Position numbers and translations under genes: made by a program. Positions 1 through 12,229 of a stretch of 64,000 bases of DNA are shown in pieces. Origin of the DNA: Lama guanicoe (lineage: Eukaryota); contig MU054122.1 of the NCBI GenBank assembly GCA_013239625.1, forward strand, positions 212,773 to 276,772. Reading direction: 5' to 3'. Positions within the stretch are counted from its first letter, which is position 1; each line of letters starts with the position of its first letter. Below the pieces are notes generated by a model that was given only the letters and a program-made list of their open reading frames with translations, was not told where the DNA came from and made no database searches.

Positions 1-85
1 CCCATTTGTCCAGGCCAGGTAGCACCTTAGGGGATTTGTGCACAAGACACATGGGTGACCCACGTTTCCACTTCCTCCCTGACAG

Positions 86-211
86 TTTGCCGACCTCTCC
101 GAGGCTGCTAACCGCAACAACGATGCCCTGCGCCAGGCGAAGCAGGAGTCCAATGAATATCGGAGACAGGTGCAGTCTCTGACCTGTGAAGTGGATGCGC
201 TCAAAGGGACT
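86..211 (+). CDS. VIM: Vimentin coding exon (126 nt, coil 2, includes Cys328)
   Basis: Translates [42 protein letters not shown]; acceptor ...gacag at 81-85, donor gtgagt at 212. Confidence 0.97.
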
Positions 212-576
212 GTGAGTATCACCCCACAGGGCAAGGGGGCAGATAGCCAGCTTGGAGCCATTCAGGTGGCCAAGCTCAGGGTGTCATTAGAACACAGTTT
301 TGTTAAAAGGAAGAAAAATTGGCATTTTAATCCCAAGAAAATGAGCTGTCAGAACAGATGCAAAAAGAACTTGGAGCTCTGAAGGTTTTAGTGTATTATT
401 ATTATTATTGCTTTTATTAGGAAGGGACTTGGTACTTGTATTCTCTGCTGAAAATTGAAAATTGGAGCATTTCCCATTTGCTACTAGGGAAAATGATTGC
501 CCATGGTCTGGAAGTGGTGGGTGTTGGTTTTGGTTTTCTGGGAAATAACACTGGCCACCTCTCCAATCTGCTGCAG

Positions 577-797
577 AACGAATCTCTGGAACGCCAGATG
601 CGTGAAATGGAAGAGAACTTTGCCGTGGAAGCTGCTAACTACCAAGACACTATTGGCCGCCTGCAGGATGAGATTCAGAACATGAAGGAAGAGATGGCGT
701 GTCACCTTTGCGAATACCAAGATCTGCTGAATGTCAAGATGGCCCTTGACATCGAGATTGCCACCTACAGGAAGCTGTTGGAAGGAGAGGAGAGCAG
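577..797 (+). CDS. VIM: Vimentin coding exon (221 nt, coil 2B end with IF consensus [10 protein letters not shown])
   Basis: [15 protein letters not shown]...[13 protein letters not shown]; acceptor ctgcag 571-576, donor gt at 798. Confidence 0.97.
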
Positions 798-1278
798 GTG
801 TGGAGCCAGGGCTAGAGCGAATGCATTCAGAGCTGCTGTCCGCTCAGTCTTATGCCCCTCGCTTTACAGATGTTATGTCACTTAATCTTCAGAACGTTTC
901 TTCAAGGTGGCTACTTACCACTTTTGACAGATGAGGGACCTTAGCTTCAGAGAGACTGAGTTACTTATCCTAGTCAGTTAACCAATATCAGAGCTGAGAT
1001 TTGAACCCATGATTCTGGGAAAACCAACATCAACTCTGTTATACCTCCAGCCCCTTGCAGAAAATGCTTGGAGTAAAATATTTACATGTACTAATGGGTC
1101 CAGTCGTGGACTAATGCTTCTGAAGCAAGTCCCTCTCCTATAAATTACAGGAGTCAATTTTCTTATTTGACAAAAACCAGAAAAAAATACAATTTTAATA
1201 CAAATTTGTATAACTTTGTTCCTTGTTGTTCAAGTTGTTCTCCAAAACATTTTACTGTTTCTCTTCATCTTGTTACAG

Positions 1279-1322
1279 GATCTCTCTGCCTCTTCCAAAC
1301 TTTTCTTCCCTGAACCTGAGGG
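1279..1322 (+). CDS. VIM: Vimentin coding exon (44 nt, tail)
   Basis: (R)ISLPLPNFSSLNLR; acceptor ttacag, donor gtaagc at 1323; phases match both neighbouring exons. Confidence 0.96.
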
Positions 1323-1733
1323 GTAAGCATTTGATTGTCTTTTAAGAATAATTTCAGCAGCTTGCAACCATTTTGTTTATAAAGCACCCATTTTTTTAAG
1401 TGGTACGTGAAAAATGCCATGCGAAAGAAGATGCTACAGGATATCCATAAGTTTCAAGCCCGAGTACTATCTTAAATCCTCTACTCCCAATTAAATTGCA
1501 ACTCCATGTTTCTTCCTCCGGATGGAGTGTGCACTCAAGTGGTCCATCTCGTTCTGATGCTACAGTGGTGTCAGCCCCTGAGTTTTGAAATAGGTGACAG
1601 TCTTTAGAATTACTTTGGGAATAGCGCTTTAAACAGTTGTGAACAAAAATCATAATTCTTTGGACAAAAATGTTTCTTGTCTTTTTAAAAATTTTTTCAT
1701 GTTACTTATTTTGGGTTTCTTTTCTTTATACAG

Positions 1734-1819
1734 AAACCAATCTGGATTCAATTCCACTGGTTGACACCCATTCCAAAAGGACACTTCTGATTAAGACGGT
1801 GGAAACCAGAGATGGACAG
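1734..1819 (+). CDS. VIM: Vimentin coding exon (86 nt, tail)
   Basis: (E)[28 protein letters not shown]; polypyrimidine tract plus cag acceptor, donor gttggt. Confidence 0.96.
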
Positions 1820-2334
1820 GTTGGTATCTTTAAATCAAAACGGGAGTAATCGCAGACAGGCCGTGATAGCCTTTTAAATCAATAAGTCTGTCTCCGATAT
1901 AGCCAGCTCATTCAGGAGGTTTCGGTTTCAGGGATGCCCCCTAAGAAGAGAATGGGCCTCTTTTTCCAGCCCTCCACAAAGCCAGCTAATTATCTGGCTG
2001 CCAGATGTGAAGATGAGATAGGCAACCTTCCTGGAGTCCAAAATTAGTGATTTGCTTTGGTGCTTAATTGGAAACAGGAGTACAGCTTCCTTGAGTTACT
2101 CCTTAAACTAGCTTCATTAGGCTCCCTCAGTACCAGGAATGTTTTGATCCTGGACATACACGGCCTCCCTTGAACACTCCTAGGCCCTTTTATGATGTAA
2201 TACAAGGATATGCTTAGGATCAAGTAGTTTCTCATTACCTCTCTGTGCCAGGGAAGAAAGGGTCAAAATGTACTGTAATCTTCCCATAATTTTCCCTTGC
2301 ACATAAACTCAAAATATACTTGCTCTACACTTAA

Positions 2335-2581
2335 GGTTTTTTTAAATTTATTGATTTTAACTGAAGTGCAGTCAGTTACAATGTGTTAATACCTGTTGTG
2401 CAGCACAATGTCTCAGTCATGCATATACATACATATATTCATTTACGTATTTCTTCCATTAGAGGTTATTGCAAGATACTGAACATAGTTCCCTGTGCTA
2501 TACAGAAGAAACTTTTTTTTAAATCTATTTTTACATATAGTGGCTAGCATTTGTAAATCTCAAACTCCCAAATTTATCCCT
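2335..2581 (-). mobile_element. L1 3' end fragment in last VIM intron
   Basis: T-rich head, then 'cagttacaatgtg...ccctgtgctatacag...caaactcccaaatttatccc'; the same motifs recur at ~9500, ~25330 and ~42300. Confidence 0.75.
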
Positions 2582-2908
2582 AGAAGACATGTTTTGATTG
2601 CTTTTGCATTTTGCTGCTTGGGGTTATTACAGCATCCTTCTTCATAAATACCGTATTTTTTAAATTTCTTTTTTTAAGTCATAACAATCTATTGGATACA
2701 TATTTTGCATGTAGATGAAGAGCATTTTACATACGTTATCTGTCCTCCCCCAGCCCTGCCACCATGACCAATGCAGAACTAACACAGTCTTCCAACTTTC
2801 ACAATAAATTATGCGTACTTAGGATTCTCCTTTGACACATTTTATGGGGTAATTTAATCATCCATATATAGTATTATATCTGATTTTGAGTTCTATTTTT
2901 CTTAACAG

Positions 2909-2950
2909 GTTATCAATGAAACTTCCCAGCATCATGATGACCTGGAATAA
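2909..2950 (+). CDS. VIM: Vimentin last coding exon
   Basis: VINETSQHHDDLE*, TAA at 2948-2950, acceptor ttaacag. Confidence 0.97.
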   Translation, partial: VINETSQHHDDLE

Positions 2951-3272
2951 AAACTGCACATACTCAGTGCAGCAAAATATGACCAGCAAGAATAAAAAAA
3001 GAAATTCATATCTTAAAGAAACAGCTTTCAAGTGCCTTTCTGCAGTTTTTTCAGGAGCGCAAGATAGATTCGGAATAGGAATAAGCTCTAGTTCTTAAGA
3101 ACCAACACTTGTAAGAGATTTAGAAAAAAGTTTACAACATAATCTAGTTTACCGAAGGAGCCTTGTGCTAGAATACTTTTTAAAAAGTATTTTTGAATAC
3201 TATTAAAACTGCTTTTTTCCAACAAGTATCTGATCCAACTTGTTTCTGCTTCAATAAATCTTTGGAAAACTC
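2951..3272 (+). other. VIM: VIM 3'UTR
   Basis: Follows the stop codon; resembles mammalian VIM 3'UTR; end estimated from the poly(A) signal. Confidence 0.85.
3253..3258 (+). terminator. VIM: VIM polyadenylation signal AATAAA
   Basis: ttcAATAAAtctttggaaaactc followed by T/GT-rich downstream sequence. Confidence 0.85.
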
Positions 3273-4869
3273 TTTTAGTGTCTTACTTATTTGGTAATAT
3301 CTAAGCAATCCTCCAGATTTTATGGGAATATATGTTTTAGTTAATTTTTTTTTATCTTGGTTAAATTGCCACAAAAGCAAGGTTTGGTGAACTTGAGAAA
3401 TTCAACTTCACGCTTGAAGTATAGTTCTTAATTTGGTCATTTTCGATGTACCTCACTTCTTTGCAATTAAGTTATTTTTTAAATTTACAAATAGATATAG
3501 AAAGAAAGAACTCGTACACAAAATGATGATAGGTCTTTCCAATGAAATGAATCCAGTTGGGTCCATGTCCATGTGTGGTTTCAGTTCTAAGAAAGAGACC
3601 TCCTAAAATGAAAAACTGACTAAAACTGCTTTTTGGTACATGCAGCATGTAGGCAGTACGTTCCACTGTGGGGCTTAAAGCATAGGGCAATGGCGAGGGT
3701 GTAGGCTGAATCTTTCATTAGCAAGATGCAGAGCAACAGGACAAATTCATCTTGTTTCAACACAGGAAACCAGCCTGCTTTTCTGTGTGTATGTGATCTC
3801 TGAGTCTATGTATCTACCTATAGTTATTTTTAAAGGCCTTTGTGTTTGGGGAAGTGATGTTAGACACAAAAGGAAAATTCTTACATGTTCGTTGGGAGTT
3901 GAAATTAACACACAAGTCATGTAAAATGAAGCTAACTCTCTACTTGGCTTTCAGAAGCTGGAGCGAAGAGGATGCAGTCGTGTGGTCTTGAGAAGCTTCC
4001 TGTGGGTCATAGGATGTGAGCAGAGTTTAGGAAGAGGGATACAGTTTATCCAAATAAAAGAGGGAAGGTATCACTCGGAGGCAATAGAGCTGTAGTGGCC
4101 CATTGTGTGTTCTGGAGGGAAATTCTTTCGAGTTAGAAGTTCCCCTGCTTCTCTGAGTCCCAATTTCCCGTATACCCATAACCCCTCTCCTCTAGGAATG
4201 AGGTGGCAGGCATTTGTTGTAATTTAAAAGTGTTTACATCTCCCCCCTGTAGAGTTGCTGAGGGGAAAGTAAGACAGTTACCCTTAGTTTGAGTACCAGG
4301 CACTGTGCTAAGCAACATAGCTGTGATTTTCATCGTATTTCTTGCTGTGGGTAGCGCATGCATAAAGAAAAATTTGGCTGGGGAGGCGACCCCCATTAGG
4401 GCGATTTACATCTCCTCGTAGGATGGTCTTGGTTCATGCCGACTTATTAAATAGTGTCCCCTTTCAGACTCACAAGAGTACTAGTTTGGACAATAGATTC
4501 TATCTGGTCATCTTACCCTCAGTATAATCTTACAGGAAAGGATATTCATCCCAAGATTCCTTGAGTCTGGCTGCACCACCCCCAACCTCTCCCTTACCCC
4601 CCGTATACGAACAACTGCCATGTTAGATGGTGTAATCAGTATTGCCAGAGCAAACATCCAAGTGCTTGGGCCCCTGAAGAAACTACTTGATTTTCAGTTC
4701 TGTTTTTTATTCTTTAGCCATTGACACCACGTTCCTCTCAGACTCTTAACCCTATTTCTCCAGTCTCTTCTTGCATTTCTGCCCCTCCATTGGCTTATGA
4801 CGATCATCCAGGGAGGACACCAGCCCCACACTGGTTTTCTTCATTCATATAACCCTTCATGATTAAAAG

Positions 4870-4942
4870 ATGAAGGAAGGAAGAGAGGGAGGAAGAGAGA
4901 GAGAGAGAGAAAAAGAAAGAAAGAAAAGCAAGCAAGCAAGCG
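4870..4942 (+). repeat. Purine-rich simple repeat (GGAA/GA/GAAA/GCAA)
   Basis: Visible low-complexity tract. Confidence 0.85.
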
Positions 4943-5774
4943 AGCTACAGTTGGGTTTTTCCCTCTTCGGGGAGAGCAACCAAGGTGACAAATTCTGCCA
5001 AAACATTTTGAGACTAGTGGGCTTCCCACCCTTAAGAATATCTCTTCTAGCCCTTTCTAAAATCACCTCCCTGAAATGGAAAAAGATGAGCTGGCCTCCC
5101 TTATCTGCACCTGTCAGAAATCAGCCTTTAGAGAAAAGTCTCCCGGGGGCCCACCTAACAGGAATTCAAATCTATTTAAGACTTTTTTATGTTTACCTTT
5201 CATTATACTTGTCAGCATTTTCCTTATCTTCCACTTTGAAAAACTCATAGAAAGAAACTCTGTTCTCATCGCCTATGGGGAAGCCAAAGATTAATGCTTG
5301 GTTCTTTTATGTATAACATTAATCCAAGATTAAAGGAGATTTGAAAAAAAAAAGTAGGGGGTGGGGAGAAGGAAATGATGACATAAGTGTAAGTCTCCAA
5401 AAAGTTACCAAGGGGAGTGGGCGGTCCCTGGAAATACTGTGAAAATTAAGCCCTGCTAAGGTTTCTCGCAGTTGGGACAGATGGAATAGAACAAACGTCT
5501 GACTGAGTTACAGCTTCCTGACGTGGGATCCACCCTCCCAGGACCCGCCTCTGACAAAGGCGCTAGGAGAGTGACATCTCCTTTCTCAGGTTGTGAGATG
5601 AAGGGAGGAAGGGTGTGCACAATGATGGGTGGGGAGGGAGAGGGGGTTAGTGAGGACACCGGATTCCCCTCGTCTTTTCCTGAAGAAAACGAGGTTGAGC
5701 AGACACGATGCTCCCAAAGAAGGCTCTCTCTCCAGCCTACCAGGCTTCAGCTAAATAAAGGGTCTCCACAGATC

Positions 5775-6112
5775 CCCTAGGGCTGCCCTAACAAAATACC
5801 ACAGACTAAGGGTGCTTACACAACAGAAATTTATTTCCTCACAGTTCTGGAGGCTGGAAGCCCAAAAGCAAGGTGCTGGCAGAGTTGGTTTCTTCAAAGG
5901 CCTCTGTCCTTAGTCATTCCTTTTTATAGGGAAATCAGTCATGTTGGATGAGGAACCACCCAGATGACCTCATTTTTACCTTAATGACCTCTTTAAAGAC
6001 CCTGTCTCCAAGTACAGACACATTCTGAGGTAATGGGGGGGGGGCTAAGACTTCAACATATGAATATGGGAACAGGGTGGGGAGACATGGGGGCAAGAGA
6101 CACACAGTTCAG
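5775..6112 (-). mobile_element. MaLR LTR (MLT1A/B-like)
   Basis: 'agggctgccctaacaaaataccacagact...aatttatttcctcacagttctggaggctggaag...acttcaacatatgaat' is typical of MLT1. Confidence 0.8.
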
Positions 6113-6623
6113 CTATGAGAGGGTCCCAGTTAAACACTTGAAGAACAGCCTCCTTGTCTGTACTTGAAACAGGTCTGTGATGGAGATTTTCAAATCTCCC
6201 TGATGGTTAATACACGGCTTAAAGATTCATGGCCATCTGTGACTAGTCAACCTCTCCGTTTTTCAAAATCGCCTCTCAAGGTAGAGAACTGTTTGCGATA
6301 AGTCCTCTGGAGACTTTCCCTAAAGAGCTACCATGTAAGGCAAGTGTTTCTTTTAGGACACTGTAAGCAGTGAGCAGACAGCCGTGGAAGGCTCTGGAAG
6401 AGTCAGTGTAATCTAACAGGCTGCTCTCAGATGAAGATTTTCCTCAGTCCAAGAAGACCAGTCTAAAGCTATGGTCTCATAGGAGGGTCAAGGGCCCTGT
6501 ATGTATCAGGCACTGGGCTGGGGGTTGGTTGTCCCACCACTGGTTGCTCCCTGACTGAGGTCACCATCTACCAGCCTAGTGGGGAAGAACAGTGCTACGT
6601 GAACAGCATGAATGTTTGTGTCC

Positions 6624-6690
6624 CATATGCTGGCATCCTCATCCCAATATGGCGGCATATGCTGGCATCCTCATCCCAATATGGCGGCAT
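6624..6690 (+). repeat. Perfect 32-bp tandem duplication
   Basis: catatgctggcatcctcatcccaatatggcgg at 6624-6655 and 6656-6687. Confidence 0.95.
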
Positions 6691-6900
6691 GAGGAGGTGG
6701 GACCTTTGGGAAGTGGTTAATTAATTAATTGTGGGACGTAATTCATGAGGTGGAGCCGTCAGAAATAGGATTGGTGCTCTTATAAAAAGACACAGAGAGA
6801 GTTTGCATTCCCTCTGCTCTGTTGCTTTCCCCTCTGACAGGATTCAATGAGAAGCCAACCGACAAAGAGGAAGAGCACCGGGAGAAAGAAATTTCTATTG

Positions 6901-7028
6901 TCTTTCTTTTCTTCCTTCCTTCCTTCCATTGTTTTCTTTTGGTTATTTTTAATGGAGAAATGGGGATTGAACCCAGGACCTCATGCATGCTAAGCATGTG
7001 GTCTACCCCTGAGCTATACCCTCCCTCC
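6901..7028 (-). mobile_element. tRNA-derived SINE (camelid Vic-1-like)
   Basis: Reverse strand reads gggagggtatagctcaggggtaga...gaggtcctgggttcaatcccc with A and B boxes and an A-rich tail; similar to the element at 57100. Confidence 0.85.
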
Positions 7029-8149
7029 AAACTTCTGTTAAGTCACCCAGTCTGTGGCATTCTGTTATAGCAGCCCAGACTGACAGGGAACACTGAGTCC
7101 AAGGTGTTGAGTGCATTTTGATTCAAATGTTGCAAACAGCTACACAGATCACCTCAGTTCAATTTGGCTCGCCTCAGACTAACCTATCACAGATGAGGGT
7201 CACCTTCTGCCCTTGGCGTTCAGACTGTGGCTTCTAGTCCCGATGCCAATCGTCACTGAGCATGGGCCCCTGTCTCTCCAGAATATGAAAATTTCCCTGT
7301 CTTTTTGTCTATTTTTATCATATTAACGGTAGTTACATTACCATTTTATATTTGTTTAAAGGTCTTTGTCTGCTAATGGAAATATGTGATTTGCAGGTGA
7401 ATTTGTTTATCTTCTCTGTTTTCTTTTTTGGTTTTTGATGATTTGGTCCTTTTTATAGTGCACCTCACAATTTTTAACTGGATGCTGAACATTTTAAATG
7501 AATGCTTCTTTCAGCTCCGGACAATGATTTCATTCTCTAAAAAGAAAGAACAGTTTTCTTCATAGGCAAAGAGTACCAGTGGGTCACCTTGATCCTGGGA
7601 AGGGTTAGTTTTAGCTTTGGTTAGGCCTCATGTATTTCAGCTCCATCATCTTGGTACTGGTTCTCACCTATCAGGTGTGTTCCTGGGTGGGTCACTTCTG
7701 GGTCTCAACTGCAGACTGGATGTATTTATCAAAAAGCCCTTCCACTTTGGCAGAAACTCTGGCCTCTGGTTCTCAAAAGCTATGCAGGTGTTCAAATCTT
7801 TGTTCAGCTTTCAGTTTCCCTGCTACTATATTTTGCTGGGTTTCTTGGAGTTTCACCCCAAACATCGCAGCTTAGGAGCTGGCCAACAATTTGAATGAAC
7901 TGCTGTCGACTTAGCCCAGTAAGAATACCAGTTCATGTTTGAGCTTTCTCCCTCATTTGGAAGTTGTCCTCCTGGGAAAAGCCAAGTAAAGGTTGACTTC
8001 ACCTTGGATTCTTTGCTTCTCTCAACGAATATAGCCCTTAGTTTCAATTCTTGACTGTATTGGTTCCCCTCCAAAACATGTGCACAGTTGTGTGTGTGTG
8101 TGTGTGTGTGGTATGTTCTAGCTATTCTAGTTTTTCATGGAGTAGACAG

Positions 8150-8695
8150 GTATTCAGTTTTCAACTGCCACTAGAAACCAGACACTTGTAAAACTCAGCA
8201 GCTTAGCACAACCATCTAAGGTTCTGTGGTTTAACCAGGCTCAACTTAGGATCATTCATGCAAATGCAGTCAGTGTGTAGCTGGGGCTGGGGCCATCTGA
8301 AACCTTAACTGGACTGGACATAGAAGATGTCTTTCTTCATTCTTAAGCCTCCTTCCTCAGTGCTCCTTGACTCCTTTCACTTGCCATATACTGTCTCATA
8401 ATTCGTGGCTTAGGCATCTCACAGCATGGCCTCGAAATAGTTCTACATTTTACAGTGTGACTCACTGCTAAGAGGCAGGAAGCAGAAATGTCCAGGTTTG
8501 ATAAGGGTCTATAAATAATACAGGACAATTTCCACTCCATTCCATCAGTCAAATTATACTCAGAGACCATCCAGATTCAAGGGTGGAGAAATAGGCTTCA
8601 CCCCTCAACGTGGGAGTGGCAAGGTCACATGACAGACGAGCATGTGGAATGAGAGAAATCCTGTGGCTATCTCTGGAAAATATAGGCTACCATAG
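8150..8695 (-). mobile_element. MaLR LTR (older MLT1 subfamily)
   Basis: 'aaactcagcagctta...gctggggctggggccatctgaa...agattcaagggtggagaaatag'. Confidence 0.65.
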
Positions 8696-9028
8696 ATACA
8701 AGCTACTTTGTTGAAGTTGAACCCAAAAGTCCCAGTCAAAATTAACTTGAGAAGATAAAGAAAACCTGAATAGTCTTTCTTAAAAGAAAATGTCAAGAAC
8801 AGATATCCTAACAGTTGCATTTCACCAAACACACAATGTATAAATTCCAAATCATCACACACACTTCAAATTGTAAGAATGAGAGAACACTTTCTAACGC
8901 CTTATATGAACATAGCATAACCTTAGTTCCAAAACTAAACAAAGAACCAACAGGAGATGAACATTGCAGGTCAACTTTATTCATGGATGGAGATGAAAAG
9001 AGCCTAACAAAACATCAGCAAACCAAAT

Positions 9029-9467
9029 TGTGTCAGTTGAGAGGTTTCTGAACAGCCAAATGTGGAATTAGATGCATGAGAGGTTTATTTTGATGGGTAA
9101 ATGGGAAGAGACAGGAATAGACAGGTGAGCCTTTAGGCGCAATATAGGTCTGACACGAGTGAAAGGAGAGAGGAAAGGGTGGAATAATAGGGGTAGCCTC
9201 AGACTGCAGTGCAGATTTAAGAGTTTCAGCAAGGTCTATGGAAGATCCTCAACTCAACTCAGTCACTGGTTAGAGGAGTCTCATGTCCCACAGGAACGGG
9301 TCAGTACTATTATCTATATGGATCAGTCATTGGTTTGGGAGCAGCCCAGGGGAAGTGTGTCCTTGAGCCAACATGATGGTGATTCCAGGGGGATGACAGT
9401 GGGACCATCAGTCAATTATGTTCTTTGACACAGGAGATGTAAGTAATGCATTTTCCTTACCACTACA
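9029..9467 (-). mobile_element. Solo ERVL-class LTR (LTR41-like) with 5-bp TSD
   Basis: TG...CA termini; caaat at 9024-9028 and 9468-9472; similar to 14924-15395. Confidence 0.8.
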
Positions 9468-9487
9468 CAAATCAAGCGACATATTTT

Positions 9488-9961
9488 TTAAACATTTTTT
9501 ATTAAGTTATAGTCATTTTACAATGTTGTATCAATTTCCAGTGTAGAGCACAATTTTTTAGTTATACATGAACATACATATATTCATTGTCACATTTTTT
9601 TCACTGTGAGCTACCACAAGATCTTATATACATTCCCCTGTGCTATACAGTATAATTGTTTATCTATTCTACATATGCCTGTCAGTATCTACAAATATTG
9701 AACTCCCAGTCTGTCCTTTCCCACCCTCCTTCCCCTTGACAACAAGTTTGTACTCTATGTCTATGGGTCTGTTTCTGTTTTGTATTTATGTTCTTTCTTT
9801 TTTTTTTTAGATTCCACATATGAGTGATCTCATGTAATTTTTTCTTTCTCTTTCTGGCTTATTTCATTTAGAATGACATTCTCCAGGGACATCCATGTTG
9901 CTGCAAATGGCGTTATGTTGTCATTTTCATGGCTGAATAGTATTCCATTGTATAAATACAC
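9488..9961 (-). mobile_element. 5'-truncated younger L1 (3' end)
   Basis: T-rich head and L1 3'UTR motifs; TSD caagcgacatatttt (9473-9487) / caagtgacgtatttt (9962-9976). Confidence 0.85.
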
Positions 9962-10545
9962 CAAGTGACGTATTTTAAAAACATACCTAGGTATTATAAA
10001 CATCTAAAAAATAATAAATGTTGAGTATAGCCCAGGGATACAAGATTATTTTAATATTAAAAACTGAGTAGCATAATTTAACATTTTGACATATTAAAGG
10101 GAAAAACCATACGATCCACTTAATAGATACAGAAAATAAATTCCATGAAAGTCAACGGCTAATTATTACAAACACTTTTAGAGCAATAGGAATATAGAGG
10201 ATCTTTTTAAACTTTACATGTGGTAGCTATAAGAAACCAAGAGTAAACATAAAATAATAAATAATATAATTACTCCCTTTAAGATCAAGAAAAACAAAGA
10301 TAGCCACCATTTCCGCTCCTATCTAACATTGTACTACAGGAAAAAATAATTAAAGACATGGTATAGAAAGAAGAGATAAAGCTGTCATTAGTTGCAAATA
10401 ATATCATTGCTTATTTGGAAAGCCCAAAACTATCTACGGACAAATTACACGCAAAGAAAAGCAAAGGGCTGAGAAGAGATAAGATATTCTTTTGGATAAG
10501 ATAAGATAAATGTCACATTAGAAAGCAATGTCTTACAAATTTAGG

Positions 10546-10900
10546 TGTCTTAGTCTGGATGCTATAACAAAATACTTGAAACTGAGTGACTTAAACAACA
10601 AACCTTTATTTCTCACAGTTTTGGGGGCTGAGAAGTCCAAGGTCAAGGTGCTGGAAGATGTGGTGTCTGATGAGGGCCCACTTCCTGGTTTGCAGATGAC
10701 CATCTTCTTCCTGTGTCCTCATACGGCAGACAGATTGAGAGGTAGCTCTCTGGTCTCTTCTTATAAAGGCATTAGTCCCATTGTGAGGACCCCATTCTTA
10801 TGATCTAATTTAACCCTAATTACTTCCAAATACCTTCTCATTGAGGTTTAGGGGTTTCAACCTGCAAATTTTGAGGGGACATAAACATTCAGTTCATAAC
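10546..10900 (-). mobile_element. MaLR LTR (MLT1A-like)
   Basis: tgtcttagtctggatgctataacaaaatac...acattcagttcataaca; TG..CA ends. Confidence 0.85.
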
Positions 10901-12229
10901 ACCAAGTACATGGAAATTTGCTTTATGATAGAGTGAGCATTATTCCAACATATATTAATTGGCAAATCATCTTGAGATGGATCCTTAAAGGGGAGATGCC
11001 CCACTGTACATCCAAGGCCTTTTCTGAAGGCTTTCTGTAACATAGACCCAATCTTCTCTTTTGGCCACTGTCTTCCTAAACTTGAAGCAATGTTATGTCT
11101 CTTTGAGGAAAAGAGAGGATGAGTGGACGGTTTTAATATTCCTTTATGAGTTGGCAACGATTTCTTTAACAATATACAAATTCCAGACCTAATAGTTCAC
11201 CATCTATGTGCAAAATTAACTTTATATAAACATAAAAATCTACACTGAACTCCAGGAAGCCTGCATGATGGTTGACAATCTCAAAAGCCTTTCTCTTCCC
11301 ATTCATTGCCTACATCACCCCAGCACAACAAATCCTATCTTTCGGTTCCAATTAAATATGGATACTGTGGTCGACCTCTGTGTATAGTCTAATGTGTGTT
11401 GGGTTATGGGTATAGGCAGATGACTGAATGTTCTCCAGACAGACATTCTTCTCCTCTGTGATTCATTGATCATAAACTGGTTTACTGTGAGAACTAAAAA
11501 TGGTGAGGTGGAAGCTGTCCCCGGGGGGTAGGCAGGGTGAACTGTCTGTGAAACAATGCAATCAGCTCCAGGCAGAATACATTTCAAAATGTTTCTCCCC
11601 ATGGGGTTTGACAGAAACAGGCAATTTTTGTTCCAATTGCCATGTGCTTCAGCAAATCACTCTGGCTGTTCTGAGCGATCACTGTTCGAGCCCATGGTTT
11701 ACTGTTTGACTCTTTTGCATCAAATTGTCAGAGCAAAGCTGAACAGAATGTCATCCAGGCAGTCCCAGTTCATTCCATCCAATAATTTGATATACTCAGA
11801 CCTATGCCTGGATTTCAATACCATGGGCTAATGACATTTCTTGGTTTGACCGTAAAGTCCTCTTGACGATGCCGTATTGATGAGATTTTATGGTTTCCAC
11901 TAAAATTAACAAGTGAGATTTTGTGATGGGAACAAAAGTCTAAAATGGTTAATCAGAAAAAAAAATATGAGGCGGCCTATTCCAAAGCAACTCAGTTTCA
12001 CATAATGTGGCTAATGGACCTTCTTTTAAATAGATCTCTGTAAATAAAGTTTGAGCTCATAAAATCTGAGCCTACAAAAATGACACAAAGGGAAATTTCA
12101 AATACTGGTTTTGTGTGTGTGTGTGTGCGTTCTAAAAATATGTTGTAAACATGCTCCTGCCAAGGATGGACGATTGTGTTTAGGTCAAAGCTTAAGAAGG
12201 TGACATATAGCCTCCAACCAGCTGCCCGG

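Larger units (their letters stand above)
6598..7085 (+). mobile_element. MaLR LTR (MLT1A-like) interrupted by a SINE
   Basis: 'tgaatgtttgtgtccc...ggtgggacctttgggaagtg...cacccagtctgtggcattctgttatagcagccc'. Confidence 0.75.
8840..10470 (+). mobile_element. Ancient L1 ORF2 (RT region) remnant, split by a solo LTR and a younger L1
   Basis: ORF 8815..9051 contains TLSNALYEHSITLVPK, resembling L1 LPNSFYEASITLIPK; degenerate ORF2-like sequence resumes after 9976. Confidence 0.7.

Noticed and set aside
436..885. 149-aa ORF as a standalone gene
   Set aside because: It is VIM exon 577-797 read through into the flanking introns.
6940..7028. tRNA gene (also 57100-57175)
   Set aside because: Both have A-rich tails, the 57.1 kb copy has a TSD, and the two are diverged copies of one element: these are SINEs.
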